A stretch of 30,739 nt of DNA from positions 1 through 30,739 of the forward strand of contig JAENZU010000001.1 in the NCBI GenBank assembly GCA_016841125.1, given 5' to 3'. The position numbers were made by a program, and so were the translations under genes. The notes beneath the pieces are model-generated. The model saw nothing but the letters and a program-made list of their open reading frames with translations. It was not told the origin of the DNA and made no database searches. Shown piece by piece: positions 9,670 to 18,433 of the stretch (within the stretch, counting starts at the first letter, position 1; every line of letters starts with the position of its first letter). The stretch is from Melioribacter sp. Lineage in GTDB: Bacteria; Bacteroidota; Ignavibacteria; Ignavibacteriales; Melioribacteraceae.

Positions 9670-10962
9670 TTAACAACTCGGCAGTGGTCCGTTTCTGAGA
9701 CGGTAATAAGTTGAAGTATATAGTTCGATATTTTTTAACGGTGCCGCTATTTGAACTATCATATATCTAGCGTGGAAAACAACTTTGCCGGCTAACTTAA
9801 GCAATTGATATCTCAACGTTCTTACAGACTTTGTGTGATATTGTTCTTCTAATCCAGCAAGCTTGAGCATTTGAAGTAAATTGTATGCCAATAAACCTAT
9901 TGTAAAGTATAAACAGTTGGCATTAAACTGCCCGCAAGGTAATCTGTCTAAATTTATTTGATGCTTTAGTTCGCCTATTATTCTCTCCATCTTTCCACGT
10001 CTCTGATGAAGTTTTATTACAGCTTTTGCTTCATATTCATCTTCCGGTAGATTTGTAGCTACTATCCAATATCGATATTCTAAAAATAAATCCCCTTGTT
10101 TTTGCAACGGTGTTCTCTTTACTGCTAACCTCACTGTGCGCTTCTTTGCTCCAAAGCTATAATAGGTAGATGCTGTTTCGTAATTCTCTTTTATTCCATC
10201 CTCATCTATTTCTCGTTCCCATTGATCCTCCGGTATTGTTTTTACTGCTGCTAGTATCCCTTCGGTTTGATCTGTCGTTACCGTAAAACCTATTCCTTCT
10301 TGATTGCAATAATCAACCAACCCTTTCTGCCATCCGGCTGAATCACTGCGGACTATCTTTATTGGTTGAGGATAATTTTTTCGGCAGCTTTCTATAAATT
10401 CTACCAGTCCGCTCTGCGGTGATGCATTGCCTTCTCTAAAATCACTTCCAACAACAATTGAGTTCTCTGATATTATTCCTAATAAAGGGTGGTATCCATA
10501 ATTGCCTTTGTAGGTCTTCTTCGAATCTCCTTTCTCCGACTCTATTATCGTTGCATCTATATCTAGTATCTTGCCTTCTTTCGGCAATCCATATAATAGT
10601 TGTTTGTTTACTTTTAATATCTTCGACTCCGATAACTTTCCCCCATACCTTCTTAACCAGTCTCCTATTGCATCGCCTGTTGGCAGTTTCATATCCTTGA
10701 GAAATTCTTGGAATGCTTCGTCTTCTAATAAATGGCGTACATCTTCTAAGTGTAAGGCTCCGTCTATAAACATATATACTAATGTCATTACATAATCACT
10801 GGCTTTTATGCCCCGGTTGCTGCCCGGTTTGCCGAATAACTCGTCTAGCTTTTCTCTTAAACCCATTCTTTCTATTATTTCTTCTACTAAGGGTACTCCT
10901 ATTCGATTACTTATTCTTTCTTTACTTCGGGTTACTTTTATTGGTTTGCTTCTTTTTAACAT
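9670..10962 (-). CDS. IS1380-family DDE transposase
   Basis: 430 aa uninterrupted. LDIDAT, YHPLLG, FREGNASP, VRSDSAG and RGKMERIIGELK give the D-D-E triad; LRYQLLKLAGKVVFHARY C-terminus. Confidence 0.92.
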   Translation of the reverse strand: MLKRSKPIKVTRSKERISNRIGVPLVEEIIERMGLREKLDELFGKPGSNRGIKASDYVMTLVYMFIDGALHLEDVRHLLEDEAFQEFLKDMKLPTGDAIGDWLRRYGGKLSESKILKVNKQLLYGLPKEGKILDIDATIIESEKGDSKKTYKGNYGYHPLLGIISENSIVVGSDFREGNASPQSGLVEFIESCRKNYPQPIKIVRSDSAGWQKGLVDYCNQEGIGFTVTTDQTEGILAAVKTIPEDQWEREIDEDGIKENYETASTYYSFGAKKRTVRLAVKRTPLQKQGDLFLEYRYWIVATNLPEDEYEAKAVIKLHQRRGKMERIIGELKHQINLDRLPCGQFNANCLYFTIGLLAYNLLQMLKLAGLEEQYHTKSVRTLRYQLLKLAGKVVFHARYMIVQIAAPLKNIELYTSTYYRLRNGPLPSC

Positions 10963-11070
10963 TGAAACTCTCGAGCTTTTCTTAATTGTTTTTCGTTTTC
11001 ACCTTTTCGGTGATTTTTTATTTTCAAAGATAAGCTCTATTTCTCTATTTTCCTGAGACTTTTTTATTTT

Positions 11071-11087
11071 CTATATCGGGTTTGAGA
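11071..11087. repeat. IS terminal inverted repeat (upstream of tnp)
   Basis: CTATATCGGGTTTGAGA, 16/17 match to the inverted copy at 9463-9479. Confidence 0.88.
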
Positions 11088-11093
11088 TAAAAA
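11088..11093. repeat. Target site duplication, right copy (TAAAAA)
   Basis: Identical to 9457-9462. Confidence 0.7.
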
Positions 11094-11165
11094 GAAAAAT
11101 GATTGTTTATTAAAGTCTATTTTATTAAATTTAAATTCTTTGCAAAATTATACAGAGACGAAATA

Positions 11166-11312
11166 ATGAAACGTACATTTCAACCTAGTGTTAGAAAAAG
11201 AAAAAATAAACACGGTTTCCGAGCTAGAATGGCTGATAAAAACGGTAGAAAAATATTAGCTAGAAGACGCGCGAAGGGAAGAAAAAAATTAACAGTTAGC
11301 GACGAACGATAG
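11166..11312 (+). CDS. rpmH: 50S ribosomal protein L34
   Basis: [22 protein letters not shown]...[10 protein letters not shown]. The true start is ATG 11166, not the track TTG 11103. Confidence 0.98.
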   Translation: MKRTFQPSVRKRKNKHGFRARMADKNGRKILARRRAKGRKKLTVSDER

Positions 11313-11314
11313 AT

Positions 11315-11713
11315 TTGAAAAAATTTGGTCTTTTAAAAGAAGAAAGGATCAAATCTAAAAAACAATTCGATCATCTTTATTCTACCGGAAAAAAGATTAT
11401 CTCTAAAAATAAAAGACTTAAAGCTGTTTACAATTTGACGGATTCACCCGGAATGGGGGAAGTAAAAATTGCGGTGGCTATTCATAAAAAAGCCGGAACC
11501 GCTGTCTGGCGTAATCGCTTTAAAAGAATTATTAGAGAAGCTTACCGGTTGAATAAACATGGAATTCTTGATGATGCGAAAAGTAAGAGTAAATTGCTTT
11601 TAATTGCTTTCTCTTCTAATAGCCTCAATCAGAAAAGTTTTAAAAAGATCAAATTAGACGATGTGATGCCGGATGTTATTGATTTGATCGGACAAATTAA
11701 AAGTGCTTTTTAG
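11315..11713 (+). CDS. rnpA: Ribonuclease P protein component
   Basis: [21 protein letters not shown] (RNR motif); canonical position after rpmH; TTG start. Confidence 0.95.
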   Translation: MKKFGLLKEERIKSKKQFDHLYSTGKKIISKNKRLKAVYNLTDSPGMGEVKIAVAIHKKAGTAVWRNRFKRIIREAYRLNKHGILDDAKSKSKLLLIAFSSNSLNQKSFKKIKLDDVMPDVIDLIGQIKSAF

Positions 11714-11715
11714 AA

Positions 11716-11925
11716 ATGCGCAAAGTTTTTATCGTCATAATTAGAGGTTATCAAAAGATTATCTCTCCGCTTTTTCCCCCTTCGTGCCGTTTTTACCCGA
11801 CATGTTCAGAATATGCAGTTCAGTCATTTGAAAAGTTCGGTGTTTTTAAGGGAGGGTTCAAAGCAGTTTGGCGAATACTTCGGTGCAACCCATTCAATAA
11901 AGGCGGGTTTGATCCCGTTGAATAA
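11716..11925 (+). CDS. yidD: Membrane protein insertion efficiency factor YidD
   Basis: [21 protein letters not shown]...[13 protein letters not shown]. Confidence 0.96.
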   Translation: MRKVFIVIIRGYQKIISPLFPPSCRFYPTCSEYAVQSFEKFGVFKGGFKAVWRILRCNPFNKGGFDPVE

Positions 11926-11939
11926 ATTTGGAAAATTAA

Positions 11940-13802
11940 ATGGATAAGCAGACAACCCTAGCATTTGTACTAATAGGTATTATATTAGTTGTTTGGCTCT
12001 ACTTCAATGCCCCGGAACCCCAGCCCCAGCAGCCAGTACAATCCGATACGACGCTTGTTACTAAAGATGATACAATTAAAGTTGAAACTAAAATTCAGCA
12101 AGCTGCACCGACTTTAACGAAACCTGTTGAATCTGTTGTTGATACACAAAAATTCAAAGGTGAGGAAAGAATTATTACCGTTGAAACCGATCTTGTAAAA
12201 ATGGAGTTCTCAACTAGGGGCGGTGCAATTAGAAGATACTTCCTTAAAGATTATAAAACATGGTATTACAGAAGACTGCCGGATACGGCTAGTTTTTATC
12301 AAACACATGTTCAGATTATAAATTCTCAACTAGGTAACGACTTCAATTTAATATTTGTAACTCAGAACGGTCAGCTTGTTAATACAAAAGATTCGGAGTT
12401 TACAACGCCCACCTCTGATTATTATTACAGAGTTGAAACCGGCGATTCGTTAAAACTTACCTTTTCAGCCAAGTTTGGTAAAGATGCGGAAGTAAGAAAA
12501 CATTTTGTTATTCACTCGGACAAATATGCCTCTGATGTTGACGTCGAATTAGTGAATATGCAGAATGTGATAAGCGGATTGGCTTACGATGTCGTTTGGG
12601 AAAACGGAATAAATTTTACGGAAATGAATTCTGTTGATGAAGCTAATTATTCCAATGCAAGCGTTTATGCGGGTGAGGAAGAAGTTGTAATTGATGCAAG
12701 CTCAGTCGGAGAAATTGAGAAAAAAGAACTCAACGGTAAAATTGATTGGGTTGGTGTAAGGACAAAATATTTTGGCGTCATAATTGCGCCTAAAACTCCA
12801 TACTCAGACGGCGGTTCTTATGTTGAAGGTGAACAGGTGTTAAATCCTCAATATGGTACACGGGAGTATTATTCCGTCCGCTTAAAAGTACCTTTCTCAA
12901 ATCTTAATTATCAAAAGGATTCGTTTAAACTATTTCTTGGTCCTTTAGATTATCATCTTCTTAAATCATACGACGATAATTTTGAGGCGTTTTTTAATTT
13001 CGGAAGCTTCTTCGGTTTAAAAATTATAACTCGCCCGATTTCAGAATATATTCTTTTACCACTATTCACTTTTCTGCACAGGTTCATTCCGAACTATGGA
13101 TTTGTAATAATTGTATTTTCCCTCATTATCAAAATTGCATTGTATCCTCTAACCCGGCAAAGCTACAAATCGATGAGAAGGATGCAGCTTCTTCAGCCGA
13201 AAATAACAGAGATGAAGGAAAAGTATAAGGATGACCAGCAGCGTGTTCAAAAAGAAACAATGAAGTTATATTCTACCTACGGAATAAATCCGGCCGGCGG
13301 CTGTTTACCTATGGTGCTGCAGATGCCGATACTTTTTGCGCTCTTTACATTTTTTAATGTTGCTATTGAGATTAGGAACGAACCCTTTATTTTGTGGATG
13401 ACAAATTTATCTTCCCCCGATGTTATTCTAAAACTGCCATTTAAAATTCCTCTTTTCGGGATCGATCAAATTACCGGTCTTGCACCTCTGCTCGGAATAA
13501 CAATGTTTTTCCAGCAAAAAATGTCCGTTAAAGATCCAAGCCAAAAAGCCTTAGTTTATATAATGCCGGTGATGTTTACTCTTATGTTTATGGGCTTTTC
13601 ATCAGGATTGAATTTATATTATTTCATGTTTAATTTATTTTCAATTCTTCAGCAATATTATATAAATCACAAATCAGGCGGAGAAGAACTTGTGCCCGTT
13701 AAAAATCCTAAAAAGAAATCGGGATTTATGCAGAGAATGATGGAAGCCGCTGAAAAACAATCCCAAGCTCAGAAGCAGGGAGCTAAAAAGAAGAAAAGAT
13801 AA
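11940..13802 (+). CDS. yidC: Membrane protein insertase YidC
   Basis: N-terminal TM, large periplasmic domain, NYGFVIIVFSLIIK, GINPAGGCLPMVLQMPI, GLNLYYFMFN; canonical operon position. Confidence 0.97.
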   Translation: MDKQTTLAFVLIGIILVVWLYFNAPEPQPQQPVQSDTTLVTKDDTIKVETKIQQAAPTLTKPVESVVDTQKFKGEERIITVETDLVKMEFSTRGGAIRRYFLKDYKTWYYRRLPDTASFYQTHVQIINSQLGNDFNLIFVTQNGQLVNTKDSEFTTPTSDYYYRVETGDSLKLTFSAKFGKDAEVRKHFVIHSDKYASDVDVELVNMQNVISGLAYDVVWENGINFTEMNSVDEANYSNASVYAGEEEVVIDASSVGEIEKKELNGKIDWVGVRTKYFGVIIAPKTPYSDGGSYVEGEQVLNPQYGTREYYSVRLKVPFSNLNYQKDSFKLFLGPLDYHLLKSYDDNFEAFFNFGSFFGLKIITRPISEYILLPLFTFLHRFIPNYGFVIIVFSLIIKIALYPLTRQSYKSMRRMQLLQPKITEMKEKYKDDQQRVQKETMKLYSTYGINPAGGCLPMVLQMPILFALFTFFNVAIEIRNEPFILWMTNLSSPDVILKLPFKIPLFGIDQITGLAPLLGITMFFQQKMSVKDPSQKALVYIMPVMFTLMFMGFSSGLNLYYFMFNLFSILQQYYINHKSGGEELVPVKNPKKKSGFMQRMMEAAEKQSQAQKQGAKKKKR

Positions 13803-13833
13803 TCAACTTCTAATAATTTTATTTTATAAATTT

Positions 13834-13863
13834 AAACCCAATTTCAAAAGAAATTGGGTTTTT
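13834..13863 (+). terminator. Probable intrinsic terminator after yidC
   Basis: 12-bp perfect stem AAACCCAATTTC-AAAA-GAAATTGGGTTT followed by T-rich sequence. Confidence 0.75.
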
Positions 13864-13877
13864 GGTTTTGTCAAAGT

Positions 13878-16580
13878 ATGCTCTCTAAAAGTATAAATAT
13901 TTTTTTCTTTTTATTTTTATCCTATTCTATTATTGCCCAGAATATCGACAATATTAGATTTGATACTGTCGATCATTCTTTGCCGTTCGGGCTATCCGAA
14001 AAACGAGTAAAAGACCTTCCTAAAGTGGCGGTAGTTTTAAGCGGCGGCGGTTCAAGAGGGCTGGCTCAATTAGGTGTACTTAGAGCATTTGAAGAAAAGG
14101 GTATTCCCATCGATATAATTATCGGCACCAGTATGGGGAGCATAGTTGGTGGGCTGTATTCTGCCGGATATTCATTAGATCAAATGGATTCAATTGTACT
14201 CAATACTTCTTGGGATGATTTTTTTTCAGCCTCGGAAACTTCCAGAAGAGAATTGTTCATCGATCAAAAAATTACCGAGGACCGGGCTCTTTTTGATTTC
14301 CGTTTGGACGGGTTTTCAATTGTTTTGCCCACTTCGTTAAACACCGGTCAAAAAGTATCCAACTTCTTAAGTCTGCTGGCGATTAATGCGCCAATTCATG
14401 TTAAAAATAATTTTGATGAATTACTTTATTCCTTTAAAGCTATTTCTACCGATCTGATTAGCGGTAAACCGGTGATACTGCAAAAGGGCTCTCTAAGCAG
14501 AGCCATGCGTGCAAGTTCCAGTGTAACATTTTTATTGGCTCCGGTTAAAGAAGATTCTCTCCTTTTGGTTGACGGTGGATTAGTAGCAAATGTGCCGGTG
14601 GGAAAAGCAAAAGAATTGGGCGCCGACTATGTTATCGCAGTTAGTACTACAAGTCCGTTGAATAATGTAGAAGAATTAAAACTGCCGTGGAATATAGCTG
14701 ACCAGATTGTTAGTATTCCAATGAAACTATTAGAAAAAGAACAATTGGAACAAGCCGATGGGGTTGTAATACCTGAAATTGGTGCAATAAAAAATACAGA
14801 CTTTTCTTCAATTTCAAATTTAATTGAAGAAGGTTACAAAGCAGGATTAAAGGCTGCGGATTCGATAAAGGCGGAGATTGATTTACTCTACAAAAAGTCA
14901 ATTTGTAAAGAGGAAGGGGAGTTGAAAAACTTAACTCCCTACAACACTAATTCGGAATTAGAAAACAAAATTGTTGAAGATCTCAATCACATTAAGAGTT
15001 TGAATAAAAGTGATGTTTGCTTTGAGATACTAAAGATTTTTAACGAGGGCGATTATAAAAATATAACATGTGACATTATTGGTGAAGCAGACAAAAGCAG
15101 ATTGAAAGTTGACTATGAAACGAATCCTAAAATTGAAGAAATAAAAATTGAAGGTAATACGATTTTCTCAGATTCCCTTTTACTGAGTTTTTTTGAGCGG
15201 GCAATTAATTCACCGTACAATTCGCAAAAATTGCTGAACTCTTTTTTGAAATTATTGACATTGTACAGAGATGCCGGTTTCTCACTCGCTTCAATCGATA
15301 ATCATTTTTTTGATGAAGACAAGAATACGCTGACAATTTTTATATCCGAAGGTTTAATTTCGGAGATAAACTTTTCGGGCAATATAATTACTAATGATGA
15401 TGTTATTTCTCGCGAATTGCCTCTCGAGGAGCAGGAGATATTCACCATTAGCAAATTGGAAGAGGGACTTGCAAATTTGCGTGCGACTAACTTATTTAAT
15501 GAATTAGAGGTAACAGTCAGTGCGAATGGAGTAGATAACAAAATTGATTTGAGGGTTGTTGAAAAAACGCCAACTCTATTTCGTTTCGGGCTGCGGATTG
15601 ATAACGAAAACCTAACACAAATATTGTTAGACCTAAGAGATGAAAATCTTGCCGGTACCGGAACCGAAGTTGGAGGAATTTTTCTAGGCGGACTTCGGAA
15701 CCGGGCATTTATTCTTGAACATAAAGCGAATAGAATTTTTGATACATATCTCACCTACAAATTTAGATTGTTTTATGAATTTATGGATATCAATGTTTAT
15801 AGGGATGATTCGACCGGAACGGATACCAGATTTTCACGATCCAAAACTGGGGAGTACCGACAAATTGACGCAGGCGCATCACTGGGTGTGGGAACTCAAA
15901 TTGAAAAAGTTGCAAATTTGATTTTAGAGGGAAAGTATCAAAGAGCTGAAGTTAAAAATAAATATGATTACACAAGCGAAACCTATAATCAAATAATAGC
16001 GAGTCTCCGTTTAAGTTTATCCATAGATTCACAAGACAAATACCCATTTTCAAACCACGGGTTTTTAATTAATACTTATTATGAATCTGCACAAAAGGTT
16101 TTCGGCGGTGAGCTCGGATATACAAAATTTGCAATGGAATATACCAGTTTCTTCAAATTAGACGAAATTCAAAATATCAGTCCTCGTTTTATAATTGGAT
16201 TTGGAGACCACACTTTACCACTCGATAAGCAGTTTTCACTTGGCGGGCAAAATTCATTTTTCGGCTACAGGGAAAATGAATTTAGAGGAAGACAAGTTTT
16301 TATTTCTTCACTTCAGTATAGAATCTTTCTTCCGATCGATTTTTTCTTTGATACTTACTTTAAAATTCGTTACGATTTGGGGTCAATCTGGGCGGAGCAG
16401 GAACAGATAAGATTTAAGGATTTAAAACATGGCATTGGGGCTTCCATTTCTTTCAACACACCAATTGGACCTGCTGATTTTTCGGTAGGGCGAAGTTTTG
16501 TTTTTAGGCGAACATTGCCCGAAAAGACAATAAGCTGGGGACCCGTATTTTTCTATTTCACAATCGGTTACTATTATTGA
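13878..16580 (+). CDS. Patatin-like phospholipase fused to POTRA domains and an Omp85/BamA-type barrel (PlpD/type Vd-like)
   Basis: Signal peptide; GGGSRG, GTSMG (catalytic Ser), DGG; POTRA-like segments; barrel with FSLGG, FFGYRENEFRG, DLKHGIGASISFNTPIGP and C-terminal FTIGYYY. Start moved to ATG 13878. Confidence 0.88.
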   Translation: MLSKSINIFFFLFLSYSIIAQNIDNIRFDTVDHSLPFGLSEKRVKDLPKVAVVLSGGGSRGLAQLGVLRAFEEKGIPIDIIIGTSMGSIVGGLYSAGYSLDQMDSIVLNTSWDDFFSASETSRRELFIDQKITEDRALFDFRLDGFSIVLPTSLNTGQKVSNFLSLLAINAPIHVKNNFDELLYSFKAISTDLISGKPVILQKGSLSRAMRASSSVTFLLAPVKEDSLLLVDGGLVANVPVGKAKELGADYVIAVSTTSPLNNVEELKLPWNIADQIVSIPMKLLEKEQLEQADGVVIPEIGAIKNTDFSSISNLIEEGYKAGLKAADSIKAEIDLLYKKSICKEEGELKNLTPYNTNSELENKIVEDLNHIKSLNKSDVCFEILKIFNEGDYKNITCDIIGEADKSRLKVDYETNPKIEEIKIEGNTIFSDSLLLSFFERAINSPYNSQKLLNSFLKLLTLYRDAGFSLASIDNHFFDEDKNTLTIFISEGLISEINFSGNIITNDDVISRELPLEEQEIFTISKLEEGLANLRATNLFNELEVTVSANGVDNKIDLRVVEKTPTLFRFGLRIDNENLTQILLDLRDENLAGTGTEVGGIFLGGLRNRAFILEHKANRIFDTYLTYKFRLFYEFMDINVYRDDSTGTDTRFSRSKTGEYRQIDAGASLGVGTQIEKVANLILEGKYQRAEVKNKYDYTSETYNQIIASLRLSLSIDSQDKYPFSNHGFLINTYYESAQKVFGGELGYTKFAMEYTSFFKLDEIQNISPRFIIGFGDHTLPLDKQFSLGGQNSFFGYRENEFRGRQVFISSLQYRIFLPIDFFFDTYFKIRYDLGSIWAEQEQIRFKDLKHGIGASISFNTPIGPADFSVGRSFVFRRTLPEKTISWGPVFFYFTIGYYY

Positions 16581-17110
16581 TGTCTGTATTTTTCTGCGAG
16601 TGACCTGTATTTCCGTTTTAAGCTAACGTCACCAATTCTTTCATAATGATCCGCAAGTGTAGAGTAAATAATAGTCTTATCCTTCACACTATCAGAATTA
16701 TGATTCATCATCTCAATTACTTTTTCATTAGTGGGAAGTTCAAGATCGTAATTGTAAAGTTTTAAAGCAGCGAGGTATGGTTCACATTGTGCCGGTTCTT
16801 TTTCCGAAGCCTTTTTGAGATAGTGAAGCGATTTTTCGAGGTTGTTGTGATCTAAATAACTGCTGCCGAAAATTTTTGCCGTCCACATATATAAGTCGTA
16901 GCAGCACTCCGGAAACTCTCTGCTAAGTTTTTCAGTGAATAAAATTATTTCATCTTTTGATAATGCAGCATTACCGAGTAAAATTTTGTAAAGATCGGTG
17001 TCACTAATTTTTTCGTGAACGGCAGCATCAACCGCATCAAAAATTTCATCGGAATTATTGGAAAATCTGAAAACTGTTTCAATTTTTTGTTTGATATCTT
17101 TAAGGGGCAT
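16574..17110 (-). CDS. Hypothetical helical (TPR-like) protein
   Basis: About 178 aa, mostly amphipathic helices (LEKSLHYLKKASEKEPAQCEPY). ATG 17110 preferred over track TTG 17116. Overlaps the upstream gene. Confidence 0.65.
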   Translation of the reverse strand: MPLKDIKQKIETVFRFSNNSDEIFDAVDAAVHEKISDTDLYKILLGNAALSKDEIILFTEKLSREFPECCYDLYMWTAKIFGSSYLDHNNLEKSLHYLKKASEKEPAQCEPYLAALKLYNYDLELPTNEKVIEMMNHNSDSVKDKTIIYSTLADHYERIGDVSLKRKYRSLAEKYRHQ

Positions 17111-17621
17111 CGTCAAAAAACTTTCTCAAATAATCTAAAATGTTTACTTTATTTAACTCGGGTAATACTGAAGTAAATTCAACTGTTTTGTTTTTATCCC
17201 ACTGACGGCTTGGAGAAAAAATGTAATTATGAATATTTAAAAAAGCAAATTTTCTGTCGGTCAAATCTTTTGATTCATCGAAAACTAAAAATGCAATGAT
17301 AACCGGAATATTATATTTTTTGCTCCATTGTTGATAGGAATTTATTGCCCTTTCATTAACCAGCCATTTGCTTTTATGTTTACCTTTCCAGTCTAAAAAC
17401 GCCCTATGATTTTTGAATTTTAGAACAAGATCCGGTTTATCTTCACCTTTTTCCCAAACCCGTTCGTACCTTTTATCTTTGCCGAATTCAACAAACTCAA
17501 TTCCCCATTGAGTTAATAAATTCTTTCCATGAAATTCGGCAAGATCATGCAGTCTGTAGTTATTTCTAAAATCATCCTTCGATTTTGAAGGTCTGAATTC
17601 CAGTTTTTTCAATTTAACCAA
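17100..17621 (-). CDS. Hypothetical protein with a PD-(D/E)xK nuclease-like signature
   Basis: Helix with DLAE, then KPDLVL, then FLDWKGK, followed by alternating helix/strand segments. Fold assigned by motif only. Confidence 0.6.
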   Translation of the reverse strand: MVKLKKLEFRPSKSKDDFRNNYRLHDLAEFHGKNLLTQWGIEFVEFGKDKRYERVWEKGEDKPDLVLKFKNHRAFLDWKGKHKSKWLVNERAINSYQQWSKKYNIPVIIAFLVFDESKDLTDRKFAFLNIHNYIFSPSRQWDKNKTVEFTSVLPELNKVNILDYLRKFFDDAP

Positions 17622-17626
17622 TCGCT

Positions 17627-18433
17627 TTATTTTACTTTTAAAAAACCGTGCCTAACGGCAGCTTCACAAAAATTAACGAAATTGTCAACACTTGCCTCCA
17701 ATCCATCACCAAGGGGTTCAAGCATATAAAACCATATACCGTTTAAACCTAATCTTTCCGCCGCGGCAAACAATTCTTCATATTCATCAAAATCTTCGTG
17801 AGAGCCAACCCATGTCATCGAAAATTGGTTGCCTAAATTAGCCTTCCATTCTTCCCAAGTTTCAATTTGGTCTTTTCCATTTAATCCTTGCCTGCCGTAA
17901 CCGCTGTACATTAGCTTATCTGAAATTCGCCGCAGCCTCATTCCTTTTTCAATTGTAAGCTCAGTAAAAACCAATTTTGCTTTAGGGTAATACCCGTATT
18001 CGCTGAGTATTTTCACAATTTCAAGTGCACTTGTAAATCCGTGTTCGCGACTAATGGGTTCATCAAAATAATAATATGCAACGGGATGAATTTCGCGCAG
18101 CATTCTCTTTTTTGTAGAAATTTCATTATGGAAGCTTGGTGTAACTATTTGATACATAATTACACTGCTGTCGAAACCTGCTTTCACAACCATTTCATAA
18201 GTTTCTCTATCATAGATTTCTGGAATTAGAATATTGTTGAATCCCCATTTATCTTTTAGCTCTTTCAACTTTTCAACACTTTTGAAACGATCATTATGAG
18301 GCCATATTCCCATTATTTTTCCTTTTACGGGCTCGTAAGATTTTTCGCCCACCTGTGCTGTTAGTTGAATTGAAATAATTAGAATCAGTAGTAATCCATT
18401 TAATGATAGACGGGAGGAAAATTTCTTATTCAT
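17627..18433 (-). CDS. Exported hypothetical protein, possible glycoside-hydrolase-like TIM barrel
   Basis: Signal peptide ending LTAQ; alternating beta/alpha pattern (MGIWP, NILI, YYYFDEP, VFTE, MTWVG, GIWFY). Confidence 0.6.
   Translation of the reverse strand: MNKKFSSRLSLNGLLLILIISIQLTAQVGEKSYEPVKGKIMGIWPHNDRFKSVEKLKELKDKWGFNNILIPEIYDRETYEMVVKAGFDSSVIMYQIVTPSFHNEISTKKRMLREIHPVAYYYFDEPISREHGFTSALEIVKILSEYGYYPKAKLVFTELTIEKGMRLRRISDKLMYSGYGRQGLNGKDQIETWEEWKANLGNQFSMTWVGSHEDFDEYEELFAAAERLGLNGIWFYMLEPLGDGLEASVDNFVNFCEAAVRHGFLKVK

Larger units (their letters stand above)
9463..11087 (-). mobile_element. IS1380-family insertion sequence, apparently complete (about 1625 bp)
   Basis: Transposase ORF bracketed by 17-bp inverted repeats (16/17 identical) and by a TAAAAA direct repeat on both flanks. 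Confidence 0.9.

Noticed and set aside
10999-11013. TCACC-TTTTC-GGTGA hairpin and upstream GTG as an alternative or frameshifted transposase start
   Set aside because: The GTG frame stops after six codons, no canonical slippery heptamer, and the stem is only 5 bp.
10458-11056. Four short + strand ORFs antisense to the transposase
   Set aside because: Low-complexity L/S/F-rich shadow translations with no motifs.
11103-11165. N-terminal extension of L34 in the ORF track
   Set aside because: L34 begins MKRTFQP at ATG 11166; the TTG extension is AT-rich promoter sequence.
15302-15754. 150-aa minus-strand ORF inside the patatin-Omp85 gene
   Set aside because: Fully antisense to a well-supported CDS; S/R/L-rich shadow composition; no recognisable domain.
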